Source: Squalus acanthias | Lineage: Eukaryota | NCBI GenBank assembly: GCA_030390025.1 | Contig: CM059431.1 | Location: 133,364,001 to 133,428,000 of the forward strand | Reading direction: 5' to 3' | Length of the DNA stretch: 64,000 bases | In this document: piece by piece, positions 25,275 through 35,187 of the stretch | Numbering within the stretch: the stretch's first letter is position 1 | Layout: each line of letters opens with the position of its first letter | Program-made: the position numbers and the translations under genes | The notes under the pieces: generated by a model | The model's database searches: none | What the model saw: only the letters and a program-made list of their open reading frames with translations | What the model was told of the DNA's origin: nothing

Positions 25275-26228
25275 CAGTAAAAGCAGCGGGACCGGCTGGA
25301 GAGCGCGAGACTTCGGCGGCAGTAACAGCAGCGGGAGCCCAGGAGAGCGCGAGACTTCGGCGGCAGTAACAGCAGCGGGAGTGGCTGGAGAGCGCGAGAC
25401 TTCGGCGGCAGTAACAACAGCGGGAGCCCAGGAGAGCGCGAGACTTCGGTGGCAGTAACAGCAGTGGGAGCCCAGGAGAGCGCGAGACTTCGGCGGCAGT
25501 AACAGCAGCGGGAGCCCAGGAGAGCACGAGACTTCGGCGGCAGGAAAAGCAGCGGGAGCCCAGGAGAGCACGAGACTTCGGTGGCAGTAACAGCAGCGGG
25601 AGCCCAGGAGAGCGCGAGACTTCGGCGGCAGTAAACAGCAGCGGGAGCCCAGGAGAGCGCGAGACTTCGGCGGCAGTAACAGCAGCGGGAGCCCACGAGA
25701 GCGCGAGACTTCGGCGGCAGTAACAGCAGCGGGAGCCCAGGAGAGCGCGAGACTTCGGCGGCAGTAAAAGCAGCGGGAGCCCAGGAGAGCACGAGACTTC
25801 GGCGGCAGTAACAGCAGCGGGACCGGCTGGAGAGCGCGAGACTCCGGCGGCAGTAACAGCAGCGGGAGCCCAGGAGAGCGCGAGACTTCGGCGGCAGTAA
25901 CAGCAGCAGGAGCCCAGGAGAGCGCGAGACTTCGGCGGCAGTAACAGCAGCGGGAGCCCAGGAGAGCGCGAGACTTCGGCGGCAGTAACAGCAGCGGGAG
26001 CCCAGGAGAGCGCGAGACTCCGGCGGCAGTAAACAGCGGGAGCCCAGGAGAGCGTGAGACTCCGGCGGCAGTAAACAGCGGGAGCCCAGGAAAGCGCGAG
26101 ACTTCGGCGGCAGTAACAGCAGCGGGCGCCCAGGAGAGCGCGAGACTTCGGCGGCAGTAACAGCAGCGGGAGCCCAGGAGAGCGCGAGACTTCGGCGGCA
26201 GTAACAGCAGCGGGAGCCCAGGAGAGCG
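25275..26228 (+). repeat. CpG-rich 44-bp tandem array (~21-22 units) forming the CR1 5' end
   Basis: Unit GGAGAGCGCGAGACTTCGGCGGCAGTAACAGCAGCGGGAGCCCA; period seen at 25321/25365. Confidence 0.95.
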
Positions 26229-26570
26229 GCTGAGATACAAAGGACCAGTGAGTGCAAAGAAGTAAAAAGTAATTGAAGTGTGACGTCACCAGAAAGCAGG
26301 TAAGTGATTGGTTGGTGAGTATTTCACTATTTCTCGCTTTTTTCCGAACTTGGGCGTCTAAATTTAAGTGCCTTGGTGCAGATTAAAAGATATACGTGTT
26401 CCAAAGTGGTGCCGGCGCAGGGGAAGAAGCTGATTGGTGAGTAGTGGGTGAGTGCTTTATTTTTTCTTCAATTTTAAGTTTATTTCTTTAAAGGTAGTCA
26501 TAGTTAAGGTAGTTCGGGAGAACGAGAATCCGAGAGTTTAAATTTGAGGTAAGAGTTTTTTAATCAAAGT

Positions 26571-27521
26571 ATGGCAGGGGACCTCAGTCCCATGCGTTGC
26601 ACGGCCTGCAGCATGTGGGAATTCCTAGACGCTTCTTGCAGTCAGGATGACCACATGTGCAGTAAGTGCCAACGGTTTGGCCAACTTGAGATCCGGTTTT
26701 CGGAGCTCGAGCGTCAGCTGGAGGCACTGCGGTGTATCCGGGAGGCTGAGAGTTACGTGGATAGCACGTTTTTAGATGTGGTCACCCCGCAGCTTAAGAA
26801 AGTGCAGTCAGAGAGGGAATGGGAGACCACCAGTCAGAAGAAAGGGGGCAGGCAGGTAGTCAGAAAAGCCTCAGAGTGCATCTCACTCAACAACTGTTTT
26901 TCTGTGTTGGAAAACGGTGAAAGTGACGGTTCCTCTGGGGAGTGCAGCCAGAGCTAAGTTCACGGCACTGTGGGTGGCTCAGCTGCACAAGGGGGGAGGA
27001 GTAAGAGTGGAAGGGTAATAGTGGTAGGAGACTCAATAGTGAGGGGTGCAGACAGGCGTTTCTGCGGCCGCAGATGTGACTCCAGGATGGTATGTTGCCT
27101 CCCTGGTGCCAGGGTCAAGGATGTCACTGAACAGCTGCAGGGCATTCTGAAGGGGGAGGGCGAACAGTCAGAGGTCGTGGTTCACATTGGTACCAACGAC
27201 ATGGGTAGAAAGAGGGATGAGGTCCTGCAACAAGAATTTAGGGAGCTAGGTAGCAGATTAAAAAGCAGGACCTCAAAGGTTGCAATCTCTGGATTACTCC
27301 CGGTGCCACGTGCTAGTGAGTATAGGAATAGGCGGATAGAGCAGATGAATGCATGGCTAAAGAGTTGGTGCAGGAGGGAGGGCTTTAGTTTCCTGGATCA
27401 CTGGGTCTGTTTCTGGGGAAGGTGGGACCTGTACAAGTCGGACGGGTTGCACCTGAACCGGAATGGGACCAACATCCTTGCGGGGAGATTTGCTAGTACT
27501 GTTGGGGAGGGTTTAAACTAA
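26571..27521 (+). pseudogene. CR1 ORF1 (CxxC..CxxC finger, coiled coil, SGNH/GDSL esterase) with a single nonsense codon
   Basis: ORFs 26571-26957 and 26970-27521 share a frame. TAA at 26955 is CAA in the paralog near 17254. Blocks GDSIVRG, HIGTND and DGLHLN are present. Confidence 0.9.
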
Positions 27522-27625
27522 CTTGGCAGGGGGATGGGATACGGAGTGGAGCTATAGTAGGGGGTGATGCACAGCCAAATATAGAGGAAAGAACAAGTCA
27601 GCCTGGAAGGCAGAGCAAATATGTA

Positions 27626-30330
27626 ATGGCACAAGGGAGTATGGCAAGGCTGGATGGCATTTATTTTAATGCAAGGAGTCTTGCGAGTAAGGCAGATGAA
27701 TTGAAGGTGTTGATGAACACATGGGAGTATGATATTGTTGCTATCACAGAGACATGGCTGAGGAAGGGGCAGGACTGGCAGCTCAATATTCCGGGGTATA
27801 GAATCTTCAGGCGAGACAGAGGGGGGTGTAAAAGAGGAGGGGGTGTCGCAATATTAATCAAGGAGTCAATTACTGCAGTAAGGAGGGATGATATCTTAGC
27901 AGGTTCCTCTAATGAGGTCATATGGGTAGAACTTAAAAACAAAAAGGGGGCAAGCACTTTGCTGGGAGTGTACTATAGGCCCCCAAACAGTCAGGGGGAG
28001 ATAGAGGAACAGATATGTAGGCAAATCTCAGAGAAGTGTAGAAATAATAGGGTAATAATAGTAGGGGATTTCAACTTCCCCAATATTAACTGGGATAGTC
28101 AGAGTGTGAAAGGCTTAGAGGGTGCGGAATTCTTAAAGTGCATCCAGGAGAGCTTTTCTGAGCCAGCATGTAGAAAGTCCTACAAGAGAGGGGGTGGTAC
28201 TGGACCTAATTCTCGGGAATGTAGCCGGGCAAGTGGTAGAAGTGTCAGTAGGAGAGCATTTTGGTGACAGTGACCATAATTCGGTGAGATTTAAGGTAGT
28301 CATGGAAAAGGACAAAGATGGACTGGAAATAAAGGTTCTAAATTGGGGGAAGGCCAATTTTAATATGATAAGGCAGGATCTGGCCAAAGTGGACTGGGAT
28401 CACCTCAGAAAGGAAATAGAGAGAGTACAGCGCCAACATGTTTCCGTAAAGGTCAAGGGTGGGACCAACAAATCCAGGGAACCCTGGATGTCAAGGGATA
28501 TACAAGAATGGATTAGGAAAAAAAGGAAGGTTTTTGGCAGATACAAAGGACTAAAAACAGTGGAAGCCCTAGAGGAGTATAGAAAGTGCAGGGGGGTACT
28601 TAAAAAAGAAATTAGGAGAGCGAAGAGGGGGCATGAAAAAACACTGGCGGGCAAAATAAAGAAAAATCCCAAGATGTTTTATAAGTATATTAAGGGCAAG
28701 AAGATAACCAGGGAAAGAGTAGGGCCCATTAGGGACCAAAGTGGCAATCTGTGTGTCGAGCTGGAAGATGTGGGTGAGGTTTTAAATGAATATTTTGCAT
28801 CTGTGTTCACTTTGAAAAAGGACGATGTAGGCATAGAAATCAGGCAGGGGGATTGTGATATACTTGAAGAAAGTAGCATTGAGAGGGAGGAGGTACTAGC
28901 GGTTTTAGCGGGCTTAGAAGTGGATAAATCCCTAGGCCCAGATGATATGTATCCCAGGCTGCTGTGTGAGGCAAGGGAGGAGATTGCAGGGGCTCTGACA
29001 CAGATCCTCTCTGGGCACAGGGGAGGTGCCAGAGGACTGGAGGACAGCTAATGTAGTACCATTATTCAAGAAGGGTAGTAGGGATAAACCAGGGAATTAC
29101 AGGTCAGTGAGCCTAACATCAGTGGTAGGGAAATTATTGGAAAAAATTCTGAGGGACAGAATTAGTCTTCACTTGGAGAGGCAAGGATTAATCAAGGATA
29201 GTCAGCATGGCTTTGTCAGGGGGAGATCATGTCTAACCAATTTGATTGAATTTTCCGAGGGGGTGACTAGGTGTGTGGATGAGGGTAGTGCAGTTGATGT
29301 AGTCTACATGGACTTCAGTAAGGCTTTTGACAAAGTCCCGCATGGGAGACTGGTCAAGAAGGTAAGAGCCCATGGGATCCAGGGCAATTTGGCACATTGG
29401 ATCCAAAATTAGCTTAGTGGCAGGAGGCAGAGGGTGATGGTCGAAGGTTGTTTTTGTGACTGGAAGCTTGTGTCCAGTGGTGTACTGCAGGGATCGGTGC
29501 TGGGTCCCTTGCTGTTTGTAGTGTACATTAATGATTTAGATATGAATGTAGGAGGTATGATCAGTAAGTTCGCAGATGACACAAAAATTGGTGGAGTGGT
29601 AAATAGCGAGGAGGGAAGCCTCAGGCTACAGGACGATATAGACGGGTTGGTCAGATGGGCAGAACAGTAGCAAATGGAATTTAACCCTGAAAAGTGTGAG
29701 GTGATGCATTTTGGGAGGACTAACAAGGCAAGGGAATACACAATGAATGTAGGACCCTAAGAAGGACAGAGGATCAGAGGGACCTTGGTGTGCATGTACA
29801 TAGATCCCTGAAGGCAGCAGGATAGGTAGATAAGGTGGTTAAAAAGGCATATGGGATACTTGCCTTCATTAGCCGAGGCATAGAATATAAGAGCTGTACA
29901 AAACACTAGTTAGGCCACAGCTGGAATACTGTGTGCAGTTCTGGTCGTCACACTATAGGAAGGATATGATTGCATTGGAGAGGGTGCAGAGGAGATTCAC
30001 CAGGATGTTACCTGGGCTGCAGCGTTTCAGCTATGAAGAGAGACTGGACAGGCTGGGGTTGTTTTTCTTCGAGCAGAGAAGGCTGAGGGGGGACCTGATT
30101 GAGGTGTACAAAATTATGAGGGGCATAGATAGGGTAGATAGAAAGGAACTTTTCCCCTTAGTAGAGGGGTCAATAACCAGGTGGCATAGTTTCAAGGTAA
30201 GGGGCAGGAGGTTTAGAGGGGATTTGAGGAAAAACTTTCACCCAGAGGGTGGTTGGAATCTGGAACTCACTGCCTGAAAGGGTGGTAGAGGCAGGAACCC
30301 TCACAACATTCAAGAACCATTTAGATGAGC
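27626..30330 (+). pseudogene. CR1 ORF2 (APE endonuclease plus reverse transcriptase), several frameshifts and stops
   Basis: NARS, ITETWL, YRPP, GDFNFP, SDH, DFSKAFDKVPH, QGSVLGP and FADDTK motifs across consecutive ORFs. Confidence 0.92.
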
Positions 30331-30458
30331 ACTTGAAACACCATAGCATACATGGCTATGGACCAAGTGCTGGAAAATGGGATTAGAATAGACAGGGCTT
30401 GATGGCTGGCGCAGACACGATGGGCCGAAGGGCCTCTTTCTGTGCTGTATAACTCTAT

Positions 30459-31189
30459 GGGGGAAAAATTCAGCTGCTTGCGCCTCCCGTTAGCGCCTTA
30501 AGAGGGCGCTAATGGGGCGTAAAGCAGCTAACGCCCGGGCGCAGCGCCGCCCACGCCTCCCGAAAAATTTAGCGGGAGGCTAGCGGCGGCGGCAGCCGGT
30601 AGCGCCCTGTGGCGCTGCGCCGCCGGCGATGACGTCATCGCCGTGCGCAGCACCCCGCTTGCGCCCCGGCCGTGATCTTCAGTCGCGCCCCCTGATTTAC
30701 CGCCAGACGCTATGTCCGACGGGTTCAGGGAGGCGTACGTGCGGCCGGGGCGGCGATATTTAAAGCGGAGGTGGCAGGCGGCCATTTTTGTTGCTGGCCG
30801 CCTGCCAGCACCTGCCCCCGGCCCCCGTGAAGCCCCCCCACCGTGAAGTGCCGGCTGCGCTCCAAGAGCCCGGCACTTCTCTTGAGTGCCGGGCTCTTTT
30901 GCCGGCACTCCCGATCCCTGGGGGCCCAGCTGGGCCCCGGTTCGCGCTGCGCAGGGTCCCTCCCCTTTAAGAAGGGGAGGAAGGCCTGCAATACCGCGGC
31001 ACGTAGCGCCAGGATATTCACTCGCAGCGCCCCAAGATGGATGCGGGCTGCTTCCAGTTGCGCCCCGCTTCCCTCTTGGGGCGCAACCACTGAAGTTCTG
31101 GCGCGGGGCCGCTAATTTTTTCGGGGCGCTAAAAGTCGCGCCCCGGCGAGGTTAGCGCCCCAAATGGGGCGCGACTCAATTTTTACCCC
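30459..31189. mobile_element. Harbinger family A MITE (731 bp, GC/CpG-rich)
   Basis: TIRs GGGGGAAAAATT / AATTTTTACCCC; TAT TSD (30456-58, 31190-92). Ends homologous to 31201-35544. Confidence 0.92.
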
Positions 31190-31372
31190 TATGACTCTAT
31201 GGGGTAAAAATTCAGTTGGTTGCGCCTCCCGTTAGCGCCTTAAATGGGCGCTAATGGGGCGTTAAGGCGCTAACGCCCGGGCGCAGCGCTGTTTGCGCCG
31301 CTCGAGAACTTAACTTGAGATTGTGCGGCGGCGCTAAAACTTACCGCTGCGACCACCTGCGCGCGCAGATTG

Positions 31373-31517
31373 TGACGTCATTCCGTGGTGCAACGCCCTT
31401 GGGGCGCCCCGGAGCGGAAATTGAGTGGCGCCCCCTGCCTTACCGCCTGGCGCTTCCAACGACCGGAAGACTGGAACGTTATCAATCGGTGTGGGGCTGG
31501 GGGGGGCGCTATTTAAA
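31373..31517 (+). promoter_or_regulatory. Putative transposase promoter (TGACGTCA and TATTTAAA)
   Basis: TGACGTCA at 31373-80 and TATTTAAA at 31510-17, ~200 bp before ATG 31715. The same pair occurs at 30630/30757 and 11349/11224. Function is inferred. Confidence 0.45.
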
Positions 31518-31714
31518 GGGGGCCTCTTCCTGTCTTTTTCTGTGGTCGACATTTATGCACCACTCGTTCTGAGAGAGAGAGAGAGATTCGGAGAGAGAGA
31601 GAGAGAGAGACTTCTACATTGACGCAACGCTTTGTGAGGTAGTTTTGCCTAGTTCATCCTAACTTTGCTGCTACTTTCGTTGCTGTACCTCATTACTTTT
31701 CTGCCAAAGAGAAT

Positions 31715-32875
31715 ATGGGGGCTGCAATGATTGGGGGCGTCGTCCTGCTCCAGCTCAATCGGAGGAGAGTGAGACGCAGACAGAGAGTGGCAATGATGGC
31801 CAGACGGAGGAGGGCCATCAGGCGCATGTACAGGAGAGCTTACCCTCCCAGGGTATATCGTGAACAGCTCTCCTACATCCACATGTCCGAGGAGCTGTGT
31901 TTGCGAAGGCTGCGATTCAGCAAGGAGGTGGTCACTGAGCTCTGCCACCTGCTGCAGCCAGATCTGCAGCCTCAGCTGAGGTCCAGGACGTCTCTGTCGG
32001 TGGCAGTGAAGGTCACAGTGGCTTTGAACTTCTACGCCACTGGCTCATTCCAAGCTGCTGTTGGGGACCTCGCCAATATCTCCCAGTTTGCGGTGCATCG
32101 CTGCATCCGGCAGGTCACCAATGCCCTCTTCACAAGGAGACGAGACTTCATCTCCTTCCCTATGACCCCAGACAAGCAGCATGACCGTGCTATGGGCTTT
32201 GCGAGGGTAGCGGGCTTCCCCATGGTGCAGGGCGCCATTGACTGCACGCATGTGGCTTTGCGTGCTCCGCGAGAGAATGCAGAGGAGTTCCGGAACAGAA
32301 AGGGGTTCCATTCCTTGAATGTGCAGTTGGTCTGTGACCACAGACAGGTGATACTCGCTGTCAATGCCCACTATCCGGGCAGCTGCCACGATGCTTTCAT
32401 CCTGCGCCAGAGTACTGTGGCAGAAATTTTCGAGGCACCGCATCAGCCAGTTGGTTGGCTTCTGGGGGACAAGGGGTACGCATTGAGCACCTGGCTGATG
32501 ACACCGCTCCGTGCGCCAAACACCCCTGCTGAGCTGCGGTACCAGGAAAGCCAACAAGCAACCAGGAACATTATTGAGCGCACAATCGGCGTGCTCAAAC
32601 AACGATTCCGCTGTCTGGACCATTCCGGAGGAGCCCTGCAGTACTCGCCTGAGCAAGTTTCCAAATTCGTAGTGGTGTGCTGCATGTTGCACAACATGGC
32701 AATCCTCAGGACGCAGCCAATGCCACCAGGCCTTGCAGCACCACAAGAGGAGGAGGAGGAAGAGGAGGAACAGGCCGAGGACGATGATCAGCAGCAGCAC
32801 CAAGGCAGGAGGGCGGCCCACAATGGTCAAACTGCAAGGGCCGTCCGTCAACGACTAATAGCAAGCCGCTTCTAG
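31715..32875 (+). CDS. Harbinger (HARBI1-like) DDE transposase, 386 aa, intact
   Basis: ATG to TAG uninterrupted; GAIDCTH, HDA, LLGDKGY and IIERTIGVLKQRFRCL motifs. Confidence 0.95.
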   Translation: MGAAMIGGVVLLQLNRRRVRRRQRVAMMARRRRAIRRMYRRAYPPRVYREQLSYIHMSEELCLRRLRFSKEVVTELCHLLQPDLQPQLRSRTSLSVAVKVTVALNFYATGSFQAAVGDLANISQFAVHRCIRQVTNALFTRRRDFISFPMTPDKQHDRAMGFARVAGFPMVQGAIDCTHVALRAPRENAEEFRNRKGFHSLNVQLVCDHRQVILAVNAHYPGSCHDAFILRQSTVAEIFEAPHQPVGWLLGDKGYALSTWLMTPLRAPNTPAELRYQESQQATRNIIERTIGVLKQRFRCLDHSGGALQYSPEQVSKFVVVCCMLHNMAILRTQPMPPGLAAPQEEEEEEEEQAEDDDQQQHQGRRAAHNGQTARAVRQRLIASRF

Positions 32876-33169
32876 GGCCCCTGCCAGTGCTACAAACACG
32901 AATCAACCCAGCACGCAACCCCTAAGCCGGCCAAGGCACCAATAATTCCAACCACCAGCCATGTATATTTTGAATACAGAAACTTATTTATTGTACAAAC
33001 TCTGTGTGTGTCAATTCCTCATGACAAACTCATAGAAATAAACACAAAAAAACAGTCAATAACATAACTGGTTCTCACAACCTGGAGATAATGTCCAAAA
33101 CACTAAACAAAAGTTGGGCCCTGAACCTCGGCCTTTAATAAAAAAATGACCAGCATTTTGGCACACCTC

Positions 33170-35187
33170 CTACTTTTTGCCCTTCGAGGGTGATCTCCTT
33201 CCCTTGCGCACTTCCCCCCTTCTAACCCTACTGCTCCTCCGTAATGGGACCTCAGTGGCTGCAGCAAGGCTGGTGGAAGGCTGCTGCTTGTCAGACCCTG
33301 ACACTGCAGATGCCCCTGAAGGACGGCCTCGACCACTTCTGGGCCTGGAGGGCCCGGCTGCAGACTGCACCAACTCTGCATGGGCGGCAGCAGTCTGTCC
33401 TACAGGCGGTGGCAAGTGCAGTGGAGAAGTGACAGTGTTGGCAGCAGGAATGCTGTCATCGTGAGAGAGGACAGCAACTCCCTGCTCGCCCGACACACTG
33501 GCACTCCCACGGGGCAGCACTTCAGCATCCGGAGCAATTTGCCGGAGAACAGATTGCTGGCCTGCTGCGGCGCGGTGACAGCCCCGGGGACATGTGCACG
33601 AACCATCGAGGATGGCAGCAGTCAGTGCTCGCGTGGCCTCAATCTGAGTCTGCATGAGAGCAGTCTCAGATGGGTTCCTGGCAGCCAGTGACTGAATTGC
33701 AGCAGTAAGCTTTAGTGTGGCATCCGCCTGTGCTACAGCGAAGTGCTCCACACTCCTTGCCAGTGCCTCAATGCATTCGGGCACCCTTCCCACTGCACCC
33801 ATGAGCTCAGTGTGCATGCCCACCGCCTGGCTGTTCATTTCTGCAATCAGCCGCTCCTCCTCTGCGTCCATTGCATTAGGAGTGTCTGGCATACTCTCCC
33901 TCTGGGGAGAAGGCTCCCGTTCTTCCCTCCCCCCCCCATGGCGTTGCTGCAGCCCGCTGGGTCCTGGAACTTCACCATCATCAGCCCCTTCCCCCCTGCT
34001 CCCCCGTTCTTCCCTCCCCCCCCAATGGCGTTGCTGCAGCCCGCTGGGTCCTGGAACTTCACCATCATCAGCCCCTTCCCCCCTGCTCCCCTCCGGGGAA
34101 GGCGTGTTCCCAGTGTGGCCATGGGCTTCCTCGGGAGAGGGTGGCACTGATGCTCCGGCTTCCTCTTCCTCCTCAGCTGCAGCATCACTCCCAGTGGCAG
34201 CTTCAGGGACCATCTCCTCAGCTGGTGAATCACCATCTGAAAGCAGGGAGGTACAAGAGTGGCTTTAGCGTGAGGACAGGGTGGCAGTAAGGGAGGAATA
34301 AGTGCAGCGAGTTAGCAAGTTGGATTGAAAGTGTCAAAGGCTGGTATTGTGAGGGACAAGTGGAAGGACAGAGGACAAAAAGGTGATGACCTTACCATTG
34401 CTGTCCACAACGGGGTCGGCGTCTCCAGTGGCGACGGGACCGATCACCCGGCTTGCCACAATCCTGTGGACGCGCTCCTCCAGATCGCTGAGGGGTTGCA
34501 GCTGAAGCCGCCCTCCACCCGTCCGTTGCTGCTGTCTCCGATTATGAGCCAGCTTAGCCTGCAAGAAAAAGGACAGCATCTGAGTCAATATACAGCCATG
34601 GTCTTGCCTGATGTGCCTCCCATAGGTGAATAGCCCTTACAATATGCAGCCATGGTCTTGCCTGATGTGCCTCCCATAGGTGAATAGCCCTTACTGTATG
34701 CAGCCATGGTCTTGCCTGATGTGCCTCCCATAGGTGAATAGCCCTTACTGTATGCAGCCATGGTCTTGCCTGATGTGCCTCCCATAGGTGAATAGCCCTT
34801 ACTGTATGCAAAGTGTGGAATGTGTGTGTGTGTTTGATGAAAGGGCCATAGGTGTTGCATGAGTGTTGTGCATTGGGGTTTTAAGACCCTCTGGCCATAG
34901 AGTGAGGTTGAGATGGAGGGATGGAGAGGTATTGAGAAAAAGCCACTCACCCTGACGACCCGAGTGAGGTCGTTGAACTTTTTGCGGCACTGGACATGGG
35001 TCCTGGGCACCATGCTCCTGGAGGAGACGCTCTGAGCCACCTCCCTCCACACTCTTCTGAACTCGCGTGGCAAAGGCCTCCTGCCACTCTCCGGGAACAG
35101 CATGCATCGTCTGCGCTCCACTGCGTCAACCAGAGCATCCAAGGCCCGCTCGGTGAAGCGATGAGCGCGTTCTCTCACCCTCTCCAT
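33170..35187 (-). CDS. Harbinger Myb/SANT-like DNA-binding partner, 3 exons (35187-34951, 34558-34396, 34236-33170), predicted 488 aa
   Basis: GTGAGT and GTAAG donors with polypyrimidine-CAG acceptors; phases 0 and 1 join into one 1467-nt open frame. RFTERALDALV..WREVA..RTHVQCRKKFNDL, then RTGGG and a coiled-coil-like region. Confidence 0.88.
34593..34810. repeat. 54-bp tandem repeat x4 in intron 1 of the Myb gene
   Basis: Unit GCAGCCATGGTCTTGCCTGATGTGCCTCCCATAGGTGAATAGCCCTTACTGTAT. Confidence 0.92.

Noticed and set aside
25030..26289. Three overlapping 324-419-aa minus-strand ORFs, or a CRISPR-like array
   Set aside because: Translations of a 44-bp tandem repeat. Units abut with no unique spacers and the context is eukaryotic.
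32045..32851. Long antisense ORFs over transposase and Myb genes (also 10150-10800, 33717-34268, 55269-55928)
   Set aside because: Shadow frames of GC-rich coding sequence with no domain features of their own.
31715..32875. Domesticated host gene HARBI1
   Set aside because: Lies within TIRs and a TSD, with a Myb partner and multiple decayed paralogs nearby, so it is a transposon copy.
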